A stretch of 64,000 nucleotides of DNA from Camelus ferus (taxonomy: Eukaryota): assembly GCF_009834535.1 (NCBI RefSeq), contig NC_045699.1:73160001-73224000 (forward strand), in the 5' to 3' direction. How positions within the stretch are numbered: the stretch's first letter is position 1; every line of letters begins with the position of its first letter. A program made the translations under genes and the position numbers. Positions 1-49,827 of the stretch are shown piece after piece. The notes beneath the pieces were generated by a model. It saw only the letters and a program-made list of their open reading frames with translations, was not told the origin of the DNA and ran no database searches.

Positions 1-423
1 AAGCCTGAAACCCCAGATAAAACTGGGATCCCATTTAACCACCTGCCCTGCCTCAGGGACAGCACTCTTGCCAGCTAGGGGGCTTCCTTTAGGACCCTGT
101 CCTTTGCATTTTCACCTGTGGGCCCGGAGCTATGGACATACGTGGCTGCTGTGCTTGTTCTGGGACATCAAGGGATGCATATTCTGATCAAAGGACCCGA
201 CTGCACATCCTGTTCCATCAGGCAGTTCACTTCCCGCACTGACAGAATCGTCCTCTTTCTCACCACCGCCCAGCCGTGGTTGGACACGACCGGACGTGGC
301 CCATTATCTGCCAGCCCCTCTCACGGCTGCCGTGGACAGCCCTCCTCCTCCCCACCCAGGAAACCCCAGTGGGGACCACAAGGGTCCTGGAGCCCGGGCT
401 GTGCCCTCCACCTGGTGACTCAC

Positions 424-2236
424 GATGTTGGCGGCTCGCACGTGCATCTCGTAGTTGTCCTGCTCGCCCTGGGTGGCCCTCGACACCTGTGTCTCGTCCT
501 CAATCTGGAGGGCAAACAAAAAGAAACAAGAATCAGCAGGTGCCCTGGCCCACCAGTGCCTGTAAGGCCCCGGTGGCAGCAGCGCGCCCGCCCTCGCCAC
601 ACCCTCTGGCCTGTCTTGCCCTCCGCATCAGGCCCTGCTGACCCGGCCTCAGGCAGTGGTCACCTTAACCCCTCTGGTTCTGTTCTCAGGAGACACAGGC
701 ACCTTCATCAGGACCAGCGGAGGCCTAAGGATGCTGGCTGCTGTCCCAGGTGCAGGAGGTCTCAGTCACATTCTTTTTGGGGCGTGGAGCCCTGTTCGTG
801 ACGGGCTGTGTCACTAGCTCGGGTGCTCAGTGAGCTGCTGGCCAGACGAATAAAAGGACAATGTGTTTTTTTTTTTTTTTTAAGTGACCATTTACCGAGC
901 ACCTCCTGGTTGCCAGGTACTGTGTTATGCCCTGGACCGTCATTATCTTAGGAAACTCTCATGGAAGCCTGGATCACTGTCCAGGGGGACAAACCTGATG
1001 CTGGGACAGACCGAAGAGTGCACTCAAGGTGTCTCAGATGGTGAACAGAGGAGCCAGGACTGCCTGTCGTCCTCTTTCTAACCACTGTCCGAGGTCCAGG
1101 CTATGAACTGCTCCAACCCACACACCAGGCCAGGGTTTCCACGGTGGCTTGGCCAGAGTAGGGGCAGGGATCACGGCCCCCTTCGTGGTTAGGAGCCAGA
1201 CTTCCTGGGTTCAAATCTCAGCCGTGCCAGTTATTAGCAGAATGACTTTGGGCAAGCTGCTAGATCTTCTGAGCCTCAGCCCCTCCTCCGGAAGTGGAGG
1301 GGAGAGCGGTGGTGCCTTCTGAGCCTCCTCCCCCCTCTGGAAGTGGAGGGAGAGTGGTGGTGCCTTCTGAGCCTCAGTCCCCTCCTCTGGCAGTGGAGGG
1401 GGAGCAGTGGTGCCCCGGGAAGGTTAAACAGCACCGGGCACAAGGGGCCTCACAGCTCGGCCTGACAACAAAGTGAGCACTAAATAAATGCCAGCTTTCA
1501 TCAACACTAGTAATGCTCAGACAAGCCTTTAAGGTCTGCAGCCGTCATGCAGAGACCACCCAACTCGGGACAGCTGCAGCATCAGTGGGCTTGCCGGGAC
1601 CAAAACCAGACGCTGGTCACTCTGCCCCCCTGGGGGGGGCCTTCCCCAGTTCCTCTACCTGTCCGTGTTCACTCGCAATAGTTCCCACAGTAACCGCTTT
1701 ACACAGATGAACTCATCTGGTCATCACAAGGACCCAATGATGCAGGGGAAACTGAGGCACTGAGAAACCAAGTCCTTACTCAAACCCTTCTGGTTAGTAA
1801 GTGGTGCTGGATGTCGGATCCTGACAATTGGACTAGAGTCCCCTACAACTGCCTTACCAGGACCGTAATTCACTGGCTTGTTTATTTATCTATTGACTTG
1901 TTATTGTCAATCCCCTAGCCACCCTCCCCGTGGGGACAAGGGCCTTGTGTGTGGGTTCACTGCTGTATCCCCACCATCTCGCAGGGAGCACGCATGTTTA
2001 GTGGATGCTGCTGAAAGCAGACACCCCGGCTCCGCTTACCACTGTCCACAACCTCCAGACCCTGCCACTTCCCTTGGTCTCAGAAGGGGCAGGAGACCGG
2101 TGGCCTCGCCCACCTTGGCGGTCTTGATGATTTCGGTGAAGTTGTCCATGATGGACTTGACGTCGTCCTTGAGCCGCTTGTTGTAAGACTGCAGCAGCGT
2201 CTCCTTGCTCTGCGGCAGGGCTCTCTGCTGGGCCAT
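424..2236 (-). CDS. MED22: Mediator subunit 22 (Surfeit 5), partial: first two coding exons 2114-2236 and 424-504; later exons lie before position 1
   Basis: ATG at 2236 gives [41 protein letters not shown] (123 nt, GT donor). Next exon [27 protein letters not shown] (81 nt, AG/GT flanked). Matches the recalled MED22 N-terminus. Confidence 0.97.
865..960 (-). mobile_element. L2 LINE 3' end remnant
   Basis: catttaccgagcacctcctggttgccaggtactgtgttatgccctgg resembles the antisense L2 3' terminus; recognised by eye. Confidence 0.5.
1190..1290 (+). mobile_element. MIR SINE fragment
   Basis: ggagccagacttcctgggttcaaatctcagc...tgactttgggcaag...ttctgagcctcag is the MIR core pattern. Confidence 0.65.
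1266..1413. repeat. Minisatellite, 3 copies of a 48-50 bp unit
   Basis: Units cttctgagcctc...gaagtggaggg...gtggtgc start at 1266, 1316 and 1364. Confidence 0.9.
1735..1855 (-). mobile_element. MIR SINE fragment
   Basis: tgcaggggaaactgaggcactgaga...ttagtaagtggtgctgg is the antisense MIR core. Confidence 0.55.
1865..2005 (+). mobile_element. L2 LINE 3' end remnant
   Basis: ggggacaagggccttgtgtgtgggttcactgctgtatccccacc resembles the L2 3' end. Confidence 0.5.
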
Positions 2237-2429
2237 GGCCGGGCCTCGGGCAGGGCAGCGGGCACCTGGGACCCAGAGTCTGATGTGAGCATCCCAGCCA
2301 CCCACCCTCCATGCCCCCGCCCCAGCAGGACGTACAGATCTCCAGAGATCCCCCTTCTGCCAAACTCATTCACCCAGCCCTTCGCACACAGGTGCCCTGC
2401 TGGGTCTCCTCCGGCTCTCTCCCTGGGAC

Positions 2430-6434
<4,005 letters not shown>

Positions 6435-6467
6435 GTGTACCCTACCAAGTTTTCTGTACATAAAAGG

Positions 6468-6473
6468 AATAAA
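6468..6473 (+). terminator. RPL7A poly(A) signal AATAAA
   Basis: 33 nt after the stop codon, followed by a GT-rich downstream element. Confidence 0.9.
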
Positions 6474-6742
6474 AATTCTTCAGCCAGTGTTTGGCATTTT
6501 GAGTCTTATTACCAGTAAATAATGTTTGGGATGGTGGCAAGTGTATTTTCAAATCCAGGGCCCTTAGCCCTCATAGCAGGCAGCACTTGTGTCAGACTTA
6601 ACTGTAAATTGCTTTGCAGTTATTCCAAAGGTGAACTAGTACTTGAACATGAATATTCTGAACCAAGCCGGGATCTTACGATTGCCCAGTAACTGGCTCG
6701 TCTGGGTAGAAGGGAAGGTATTACACATAGCAGAGGTACTTA

Positions 6743-6748
6743 TTTATT
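6743..6748 (-). terminator. SURF1 poly(A) signal AATAAA
   Basis: tttatt on the plus strand, about 90 nt past the SURF1 stop. Confidence 0.75.
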
Positions 6749-9079
6749 GATACCAGTGGTACATGATCAACATAAAACCAGATCTCTTGGGATAGCTTCC
6801 TAATTGTTCAGGAACAGGACTCCCAACAGCTGATCACATCACACACCCGGAGTCCGACGTACGAATTTCTGAAACCACAGGTACGATGTAGCTGCACAGA
6901 GTCCATACCTTGGTTGGAAAAAAGTGGACACCGTCAGAGCAGGGAGTGGGGTGGGGGGAGCAGGGAGTGGCTGGGGACTGGGGCTCACCAGGTGAGGATG
7001 TACTGCAGGTGCTCATTTCTCAGAGTGACTCTGGTTTGCCCTCCGATAGGTCCCCCAGGGACTGTGCTCTCTGTCGAGAGATCGGGCTCAGTGTCCTCAC
7101 CATTCCTTGTACCACCAGCTTCTTGGCACTTAACTACCAGCTGTTTTCTTGGAACCCTCCATAACCCTCTCCCAGAGCTATCTTGCCATCAAGTACCCCC
7201 ACCCCGGCGTTACCCTCAGCACCTGCCAAGCGGGGTCAAGCATTTCCCACTCAGCATGCACACTAGAATACACGGACACAAGTACTGGGAGATGCTCAGG
7301 GTACTTGCAGAAGCTACTTGACTGGGGCGGGCTGGTCAGCACGTACTGAAGTCTGCGTCGATGAAAATGGGCTCCGCGCCCGTGAGCCTGGCCATGGCTG
7401 CCAGGTCCCGGTAGTGCCAGTGGTTCCTCTCGGGGTCGTTCTCCGGGACGAAGGGCTTCCTGCTTTCCGTCAGCCTCACCGTCCCAACCAGGTCCACTTC
7501 TCCCTCAACCTACAAAGGAAGGTGCCAGACTGCCCTTCAGGGCCCTGGGTGGAGGCTGGACGGCTCCCCCAGCGGCAGAGCGCCTTACCTGGCCTTTCTG
7601 CCGGGTATCAGGACTGACTTTCTTCCTGGGCACAAAGCCTCTGTTTACCAGGATGGTGATTCTAGAGTAAGGAAAGCAGTCACAGATAGGGGAGGGGTTT
7701 TGAACAAGTGACCACTAGTGGTCACTCTGGTACCTCCAGGGACAACAGTGTGAGGAAAGGGTTTAAAAGCTGGTTGAGCTGGCTGTGGGAGTGCCCCCAA
7801 CCCATGAGCACCATCGGAAAGTTCTTCCTCTTGAGGCCGTGTCTCCATTGGTGAGGGGACCCCCCCCCCTTTTCGTTTTACTAGCCCCTTGAAGTTTAAC
7901 ACTCTCCCAGGCCCCACCACCAATCTGCTTTCTTTGTGCTCCACCCACTGCAGTGTGCAAACAGTGACCAGCACCTCCTTGCTGCCTCTCCTGTGAGCCG
8001 ACGACCAGGGCCCTGGGGTTTCGTGTATGTGTCAGCATTTGGGAAGCCGCTCCAGTTACTGATCTTGCAGTCACCCCCCACACCGCCATTCCTTATTCCT
8101 TTCCCTGGAATACTCTTCCCATCTCTTCATTCACTTTTTGGCCAAAAAGCCCCCTGGGAAGCCTTCCCTGACTTGACTCCCGCCATGCGGACCTGGGGGC
8201 ACCTTCCTCTTGAGTCCCTCTTGCTGGCCGCTCCACGCAGCACCATGATCGTTAACCCTGGCGGCCATGAGACAGTCTCTCCAGAGAGGCCTGTCTGATT
8301 CACCTGCCTGCCTTCCCCTTCAGAGCTCAACATGCAGGAGCTGTTCGGTAACAAGTTAAAATAAGTGGCCTAATTTCACAATTACAAATTTCAAACTCTT
8401 CAAGGAATGGGACTTATCTGGTTATCTTGGATTCCCCAGGGCTGGGGTGAGAAGGCAGATGAGTGTGCCCCGCTGGTGTCTGCCAGGCCCAGTCGGGCCC
8501 CTGCACCCCACTCACCCCAGGTCAGTGCAGTAGAAGGGAGTGATAACGTAGGCACCACTCTCGGCCGACGAAGAGAGCCGGCCGGCCTCGCGGGCCTCCC
8601 GGGCAGGGTCCACCATGGTCCGCGGCATCATGTAGAGCTCCTTGGAGTGGTCAAAGTGCCCCCTGACCTTCACCGGCCTGTACTCCAGGTTTTTCAGTTC
8701 CACCGGGCTACACGGGAGAAGCGGAGCTGAGGCTGAGCAAGGTTTGGCAGCAAGAAAAACCCTCTCGAGGGTCCACGAGCCATGAAGCCCGCTGCAGCCT
8801 GCGAAGTGACGTAGGTGCCACAGAGGCATAGTGGGGACTGTCCTGCCGGGAGGCATGCACCACCCTCTAAAGGAGAAAGCTGACCTCTCTGTTGCCCTGT
8901 GGGAATGTGGAGCTGTGCTGCCAAACAGCCCAAGTTTTGAAGAAAAGCTTACAGACGTGGACTCTGAACTGAATGAAATATGGGGGCCCAAACCGCCATC
9001 TGCAAGCCGAGTACGACCCATTTGTTTGCTGCCTTGAATGGAAAGCTTTGTGACTATAGCCGTCCCTGCAGAACAGTGC

Positions 9080-9214
9080 TTTTATTTATTTTTTTAATAT
9101 TTGTTGGGGGGGAGGGTAACTAGGTTTACTTATTTAATAGAGATCCTGGGGATTGAACCCGGGACCTAATGTGTGCACTCTCCGCCACTGCGCTCTCCCC
9201 TTACCCCCCCCCCC
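9080..9214 (-). mobile_element. tRNA-Ala-derived SINE (camelid vic-1-like), diverged
   Basis: ggggattgaacccgggacc head and AT-rich tail, in SURF1 intron 4. Confidence 0.8.
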
Positions 9215-10408
9215 AGGACGGTGCTTTCAAATAAGGGGAGAGGGCAGCAGGGCCACCCTGGGCACGTTCTCAAAGGACACTCTCACGTCAAGACATGTGT
9301 CCGCCCTCACCCAGCAGCTAAAATTACTGCTGCAGAAGACCGCCAGCCCTGTGAGGGATGCCTTAGTGGGCCTGGGCCTGGGCCAAAGCTGAAGCCCAGG
9401 TTCAAAGATTTTTCTATAAATGTCAGGCAGGCAGCTTCCCCGAGGGCAGTAGGGGGTCAGCAGGAAGCCCAGCAGGACCACTGATTTTGAGGGCTCCCAG
9501 CAGGGTCAGGAAGGCCAGCAAAAGCCAGGCCCCACTGCTGACCTCGAGTGAGCCCAGCCCCGGGTGGGCAGCCACACACACTCACTCTGCGGGCAGCGGG
9601 ATGGGCTCAGCCAGGACTCTTGATTCGAGCTCTGCGATCAGCTTTAGCTTCCATTTCCGGCGCTGGACCTACGGAAACAGCGTGAGCCCGGGTGAGTGGC
9701 AGCAGAGTCAAGGGCTCAGAGCCAAGAGCGCAAGAGGTCAGTCTTTACCTGCCATGTCCCCAGACCAAAGGCAGTCACAGGAATGAGAAGCAGAAACCAC
9801 TGGAGAAAGGAGTCGTCTTCTGTTTTTGTGGCAGTTGCTTCGGCTGAAGAACTGCCAGACCTGCTGGGCCTCCAGGCCAAGCCTAGGAGATTTCACCACA
9901 CTGGCATGGGGTCAGAAGTCCCGGAACAAGGAACTGGAACAGTCAATTCCTCAAAACTGCCACTACTGCTCGAGAGAACGTTGTATAGGAGTGCACAGGC
10001 CACAAAGTGCAGCCAGGAGTCAACCAGCAGCACCTGTGCCCAGCCCAGCTCTAAACCCAGTGTCTGAGCAAGGCACCCACTCTGTGGATGTGCACTGACT
10101 GCATGAGATCTAGGGCTTAGTCCTGGCTCTGCCACCAACCGCGACCTTGGGGTAATCCATGTAACCACGTCACGCCTTTTGTACAAGAAGGCGCTGAGAC
10201 ATCTGCTAACGCGCTACGACGCACAGGTATGGCTCCGTGTTACGAAGAGACAGAACGGGATACACGCAGGATAGTGGTTTACAGAGCTCTCAGGACAACT
10301 CTTCTATTTCATGGCTCATAAGTTTAAAGTGGGACAAATGTACACAGAAAGTACCTTACAGTTTTCAGAGGGTGATTCACACCGAGAGGCTCATGGGCCT
10401 TGCGGATG

Positions 10409-10442
<34 letters not shown>

Positions 10443-10599
10443 CAGGCCTGGAGCAGGCTTACAAAATACCTTCACGTATGCACGGCGCTCTACACACAAA
10501 TGCCCTTTGCGGTACCTTACAAGCTACATGCAAACTGGGTGACTAGTTACGCCTTCCTTAAGGATCCCAGGCGGTTTCCGTCGGGTTGGCCCCGCATCA

Positions 10600-15375
<4,776 letters not shown>

Positions 15376-15377
<2 letters not shown>

Positions 15378-15381
15378 TAAA
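15376..15381 (+). terminator. SURF2 poly(A) signal overlapping its stop codon
   Basis: GGT TAA TAAA: TAA 15375-15377, AATAAA 15376-15381. Confidence 0.85.
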
Positions 15382-15719
15382 CGGCTGCTGGAGAAAATAT
15401 ATCCGCGAGCCTTCGGAGAGTCCTCCAGGCGTCTCCCGTCTTTCTCAAGCCGCCTACCACGCATCCTCAGAAGTGCGGGGCTGTCCCCAGATCTGCTGCC
15501 CCCGAAAGCAGGGCTGGGGGTCTGTCCCACGGATGTCAGGGTCTCACCCCCATCCCCAGGAAGCGGCAGGGACCCCGAGGGAAGAGTTCTGTCTGCACGT
15601 GGTCTTCGGTGAAGCTTAGAGGGGACACCTGGCTCACTGCGGCCCCAAGGAGAGCCCTGGCCAGGCTCCAACTGGCTGGACAACACCAGAGGTCACACTG
15701 CATACAACAAATGCCATTA

Positions 15720-15725
15720 TTTATT
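15720..15725 (-). terminator. SURF4 poly(A) signal AATAAA (3' UTR about 2 kb)
   Basis: tttatt on plus at the end of an AT-rich UTR block; leaves about 300 bp to the SURF2 3' end. Confidence 0.75.
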
Positions 15726-17749
15726 TTGATGTGTCTCCAAGAATCAAAATGTTTTCAAACACAACTAAGATATAAAATACAGCATAAAATAAGGTTTATA
15801 CCTATTCCCCACATAAAGCAGAAAACTTGTTCAGAAGTTGTTTTTCCAAAACCAACTGGTCGATTGTTTTCTTCTCCTCCTTGTGTGGCATCTACCCCCA
15901 TCTGGAGCACTAGGCCACTGTCGCTTGGCCACCAGGGGTCAATCTCAGTTATACAAACCGAACAGGTCTTCTAAGCACAGGGCTGAGGACCCATCCCCTG
16001 CCAAGAGCCATGCCACGCATGGAGCGCCTGTGACCTGGCAGAGTGTACCACTCACTGGGACTGTCGTGTGTCGTGACGGGGAAGCAGGTGTGGACCCAGG
16101 GACCTCCCAGCCCAGGTGGAAACCGAGTCAGAAACCCCCCTTCATGCAGGAGCATCCCAGTGAGTGAGGAGAAAAGCCCGCCCGTCCTTATGAATACTCC
16201 GGGAGTAGGGAAGTGGGCCATGGGGGGTTAGGCGCATCTTGGGATGACCTCTGCTGTGGCTGGGACATGGGGGTGGGGGGCTGAAAAGGTGGCCGTCACT
16301 CCCCTTGGGTTAGCGGGTCCAGGCTGCAGAGGGACCAGGGGAGCTCCTAAGAGCACTGACGGCCAGGGCTGGCCCCACAACGCGCCGCAAAGCTGACCGG
16401 GGTCCTGGGGTCGGGGTGTGCTCCGCACCTCACCCTGGCTCTGGTCTGGGAGGTAAGCGTGGAGCCTGGCTCAGGACTGGCTCCAGCAGCCCTGGGGGGT
16501 GGCCCTCAGGCTTGCACCCCCAGCTGACGAGACCAGAGAAGAGACTGGCCCCAGGGCCAGGCTTCTGAGGGGCCTCCAAGCAGAGCCAGCCTCACCTCGT
16601 CAGTCTGACCCCCGGAATGCCCCAGGGAAGGGCCGCTGGAGGCACAGGGATGTTCCGACTCAGCTCGAGGGGGACAAGCGAACAACAGCGACAGGCGCTC
16701 ACGCCCCCCCAAGAAGAGAAACACAGTATAAGGCAATGTTAGAAAACTTTAAATACAGGATCAAGATCCAATCGGTAAGGCATCACAAATCGTAAAAACT
16801 AACTTGGGCTGCGTTCAGCAGAGCGAGTAGGCAATCCGAGCAAGCAGCGGCCTCGTGAGAGCGGGAGGTGGTGGCTGCGCGGCAGGAGGGGCCCCTCAGC
16901 CCCTCCGCCCCGGGCAGGCCGGGCGGTGCGCGGCCCCGGCTGCAGCCGCGACTCTGGGACAGGTCAGCGTGAGGTAACTGGTCTGAGAGCCCGCTCTGGC
17001 CGGCCCCGGCCCCCTAGCTGGGCAGACGAGCTGCCGGGCCGGGCAGCGGGGCCCTGTGGGCTCCGGGTGGCTTCCCCGAGGACCGCCGTCCCCACCGTGA
17101 GCCGCCCCCGGGGATCACCCCAGAGCTGCTGCAGTCTGAGCCGATGTTCTGACTAGCGCCTTTCACCAGCAACGGCGGCCGCAGCCGCCCCTTAATACTG
17201 CCTTATCCTTTGGGTTTGGGGCTTTTCTGAACGGTTTTTGCTGTACCTATCACGTACCGCAGCGCAGGGCGGCAACGCGGAGGCCGCGGGTGCGGTTTTA
17301 ACCCGGTGCTGATGTTGGGCTGGGCCGTCCCAGATCATTTAGTAGTTTTAGCTAAAAACGTAAACTTTTAAAGAAAAAATAAGAGGGAGACTGCTTTGAA
17401 TGATACACAGATGTATCTGCTCACAGTACAGCTTGAAGGTCCCCCGCCCCCAAAAAGAAACAAAAATAGGACTGAGAGGCCACAGCCAACCAAGCTGCTC
17501 GCCCCGAGAAGCCGAGGCCCCGCCGGGGGAGGGGGCGCTGCCCGCGGGCCGGGGCTCCGAGTGGTCAGGGACCAGCTGTGGGGCCAGAGCCGGGCTGGCC
17601 ATCAGTTATCAGGTGTCTGTGAATAAAGTTCTCAAAACATCTGTGCCTTTACCAAGGGAGGGAAGGGGAGAGGATACATAAATGCTGGCGGTTAGGTCGA
17701 ATCCACCCGAACCATCCTTGGCAGCCACGGTCCTCGCAGACGGGGGCTG

Positions 17750-28270
<10,521 letters not shown>

Positions 28271-28693
28271 GGCGGCGGCGGGAGGCTCGGCTCGCTCTCT
28301 CGCTCGCTCCCTCGGCGCCCGCGCCCGCTGCGGCCTCCACAGGAAGTGCCCGGCGGCCGGCCTCGCTCGGCGTCCGCGGCTCCAGCGGCTGCCACGTAGG
28401 CCAAGCCTTAAAGGGGCCGCGCCGCGGGGCCCGCCCCGGCCGCGCCTTAAAGGGGCCGCGCGCCGCCCGCCGCGCTCAGGCCCCGCCCCCACGCTCGAGG
28501 CTCCGCCCGCCGCGCTCCGGCCCGGCGGTCCCTGTGAGGTGCCCGGCCCTGGGGCCCGCCTGCGACAGGGACGCGAGGGCGCCCCAGCGGACACCGTTCG
28601 GGCAGGGTGGGTCCCCAGGCGAGGCAAGCGCCCGGGGCTGAGGGGCGCCCCGGGTGGGGGATGGGCGCACACCGGACGCGGTCCCGACTGAGC

Positions 28694-28729
28694 ATGCTCA
28701 GTCGCGGGTCCGACTGCGGCGCGGGCTAG
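28694..28729 (+). other. Upstream ORF MLSRGSDCGAG* in the STKLD1 leader (remnant of the human-type N-terminus)
   Basis: ATG 28694 has A at -3, is in frame with ATG 28790, and ends at TAG 28727-28729. Confidence 0.7.
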
Positions 28730-28789
28730 CGGTGCCCCCAGCGCCCCGCGGAGGGAGAGGGAGGCCGGAGTCTCCCCTCAAGACGCACT

Positions 28790-48931
<20,142 letters not shown>

Positions 48932-49159
48932 GTGCCTCCCGGGCCCCCCTCCCCTTCCCCGGCCTGTTCCTCTGTGAGCTGCCGGACTGGGCATCTCCTC
49001 AGGGGGTACGTGGGGTAGGGGCAGGAAGAACCGCCACCCAGGACCAGCACGTGCACTTCACCCTTTGTGACAGGGGGCCTGGGCCATTCCCAGGGTGGGG
49101 CCGCCCAGCTGGGACAGGTGGCAGTAGCCAGACACAGAGCCTCCACCAGCTCCAGCTCC

Positions 49160-49178
49160 AATAAAACCTGCCTTTATG
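49160..49178. terminator. Opposed poly(A) signals: STKLD1 AATAAA (plus, 49160-49165) and candidate REXO4 CATAAA (minus, 49173-49178)
   Basis: AATAAAacctgccTTTATG. No canonical minus-strand hexamer seen between here and the REXO4 stop. Confidence 0.65.
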
Positions 49179-49827
49179 TCACACAATGTCCTTAGGGGTC
49201 TGGAGTTTTTGTACAGCCAGCAGGTGGCTCAGTGTGGCCCAGGGTGTCACGCCCTCCACGCAGTGCCCTGACGTTGGTTCTCGGAGACTCTCACCCCTGG
49301 GCCGGGGAACAGCCGCAGGCCGTCCATGGTCAGCAGGTGTGTCTCAGACGAGGGAGGTGCCTGCCTCTGGGTGTCACTGCTGTCTCCGCGCGGGACACCC
49401 TGAGCTCACCTCACCAGCTGTAGGCTCGGACCTGGAGTTCAAGCCTGGCTGGGGTGTAGGGAGCAGGTGAGAAAGGACCCCCTCACCTTCACAGAGACTC
49501 CCCCAGTCCACGGGTGACCACAGAAATTCCTCCATGAGGCTGCAGCTGGCTGCCCACAGCCCCTGGGTCCAGGCTGGAGTCCGCAGAGTTCTTCCCATCG
49601 CCCAAGGGGGTCTCGGGGGACCACACGGAAGACCCGGCGGACAACTGGGTGCTTTCAGCCCCCGGCACCTGGTGCGTCCCAGGGGATGGTCGGTGTGGCA
49701 CAGCCCCTACTCCCGCCCTGTGTACGGCGACGAGTCTTAGGTCACAAAACCAGAGAAGTCCTGCTCAGCAGCACATGTGCGTGTGTCCCCCTCCGCCATG
49801 ATTCTGAAACCTCTCGGGGGGACTCGG

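Noticed and set aside
849-854. AATAAA followed by a T run on the plus strand in a MED22 intron
   Set aside because: Adjacent to an L2 3' remnant and no upstream plus-strand exon was found.
1266-1413. Regularly spaced repeats as a CRISPR-like array
   Set aside because: Eukaryotic intron; units are contiguous with no unique spacers.
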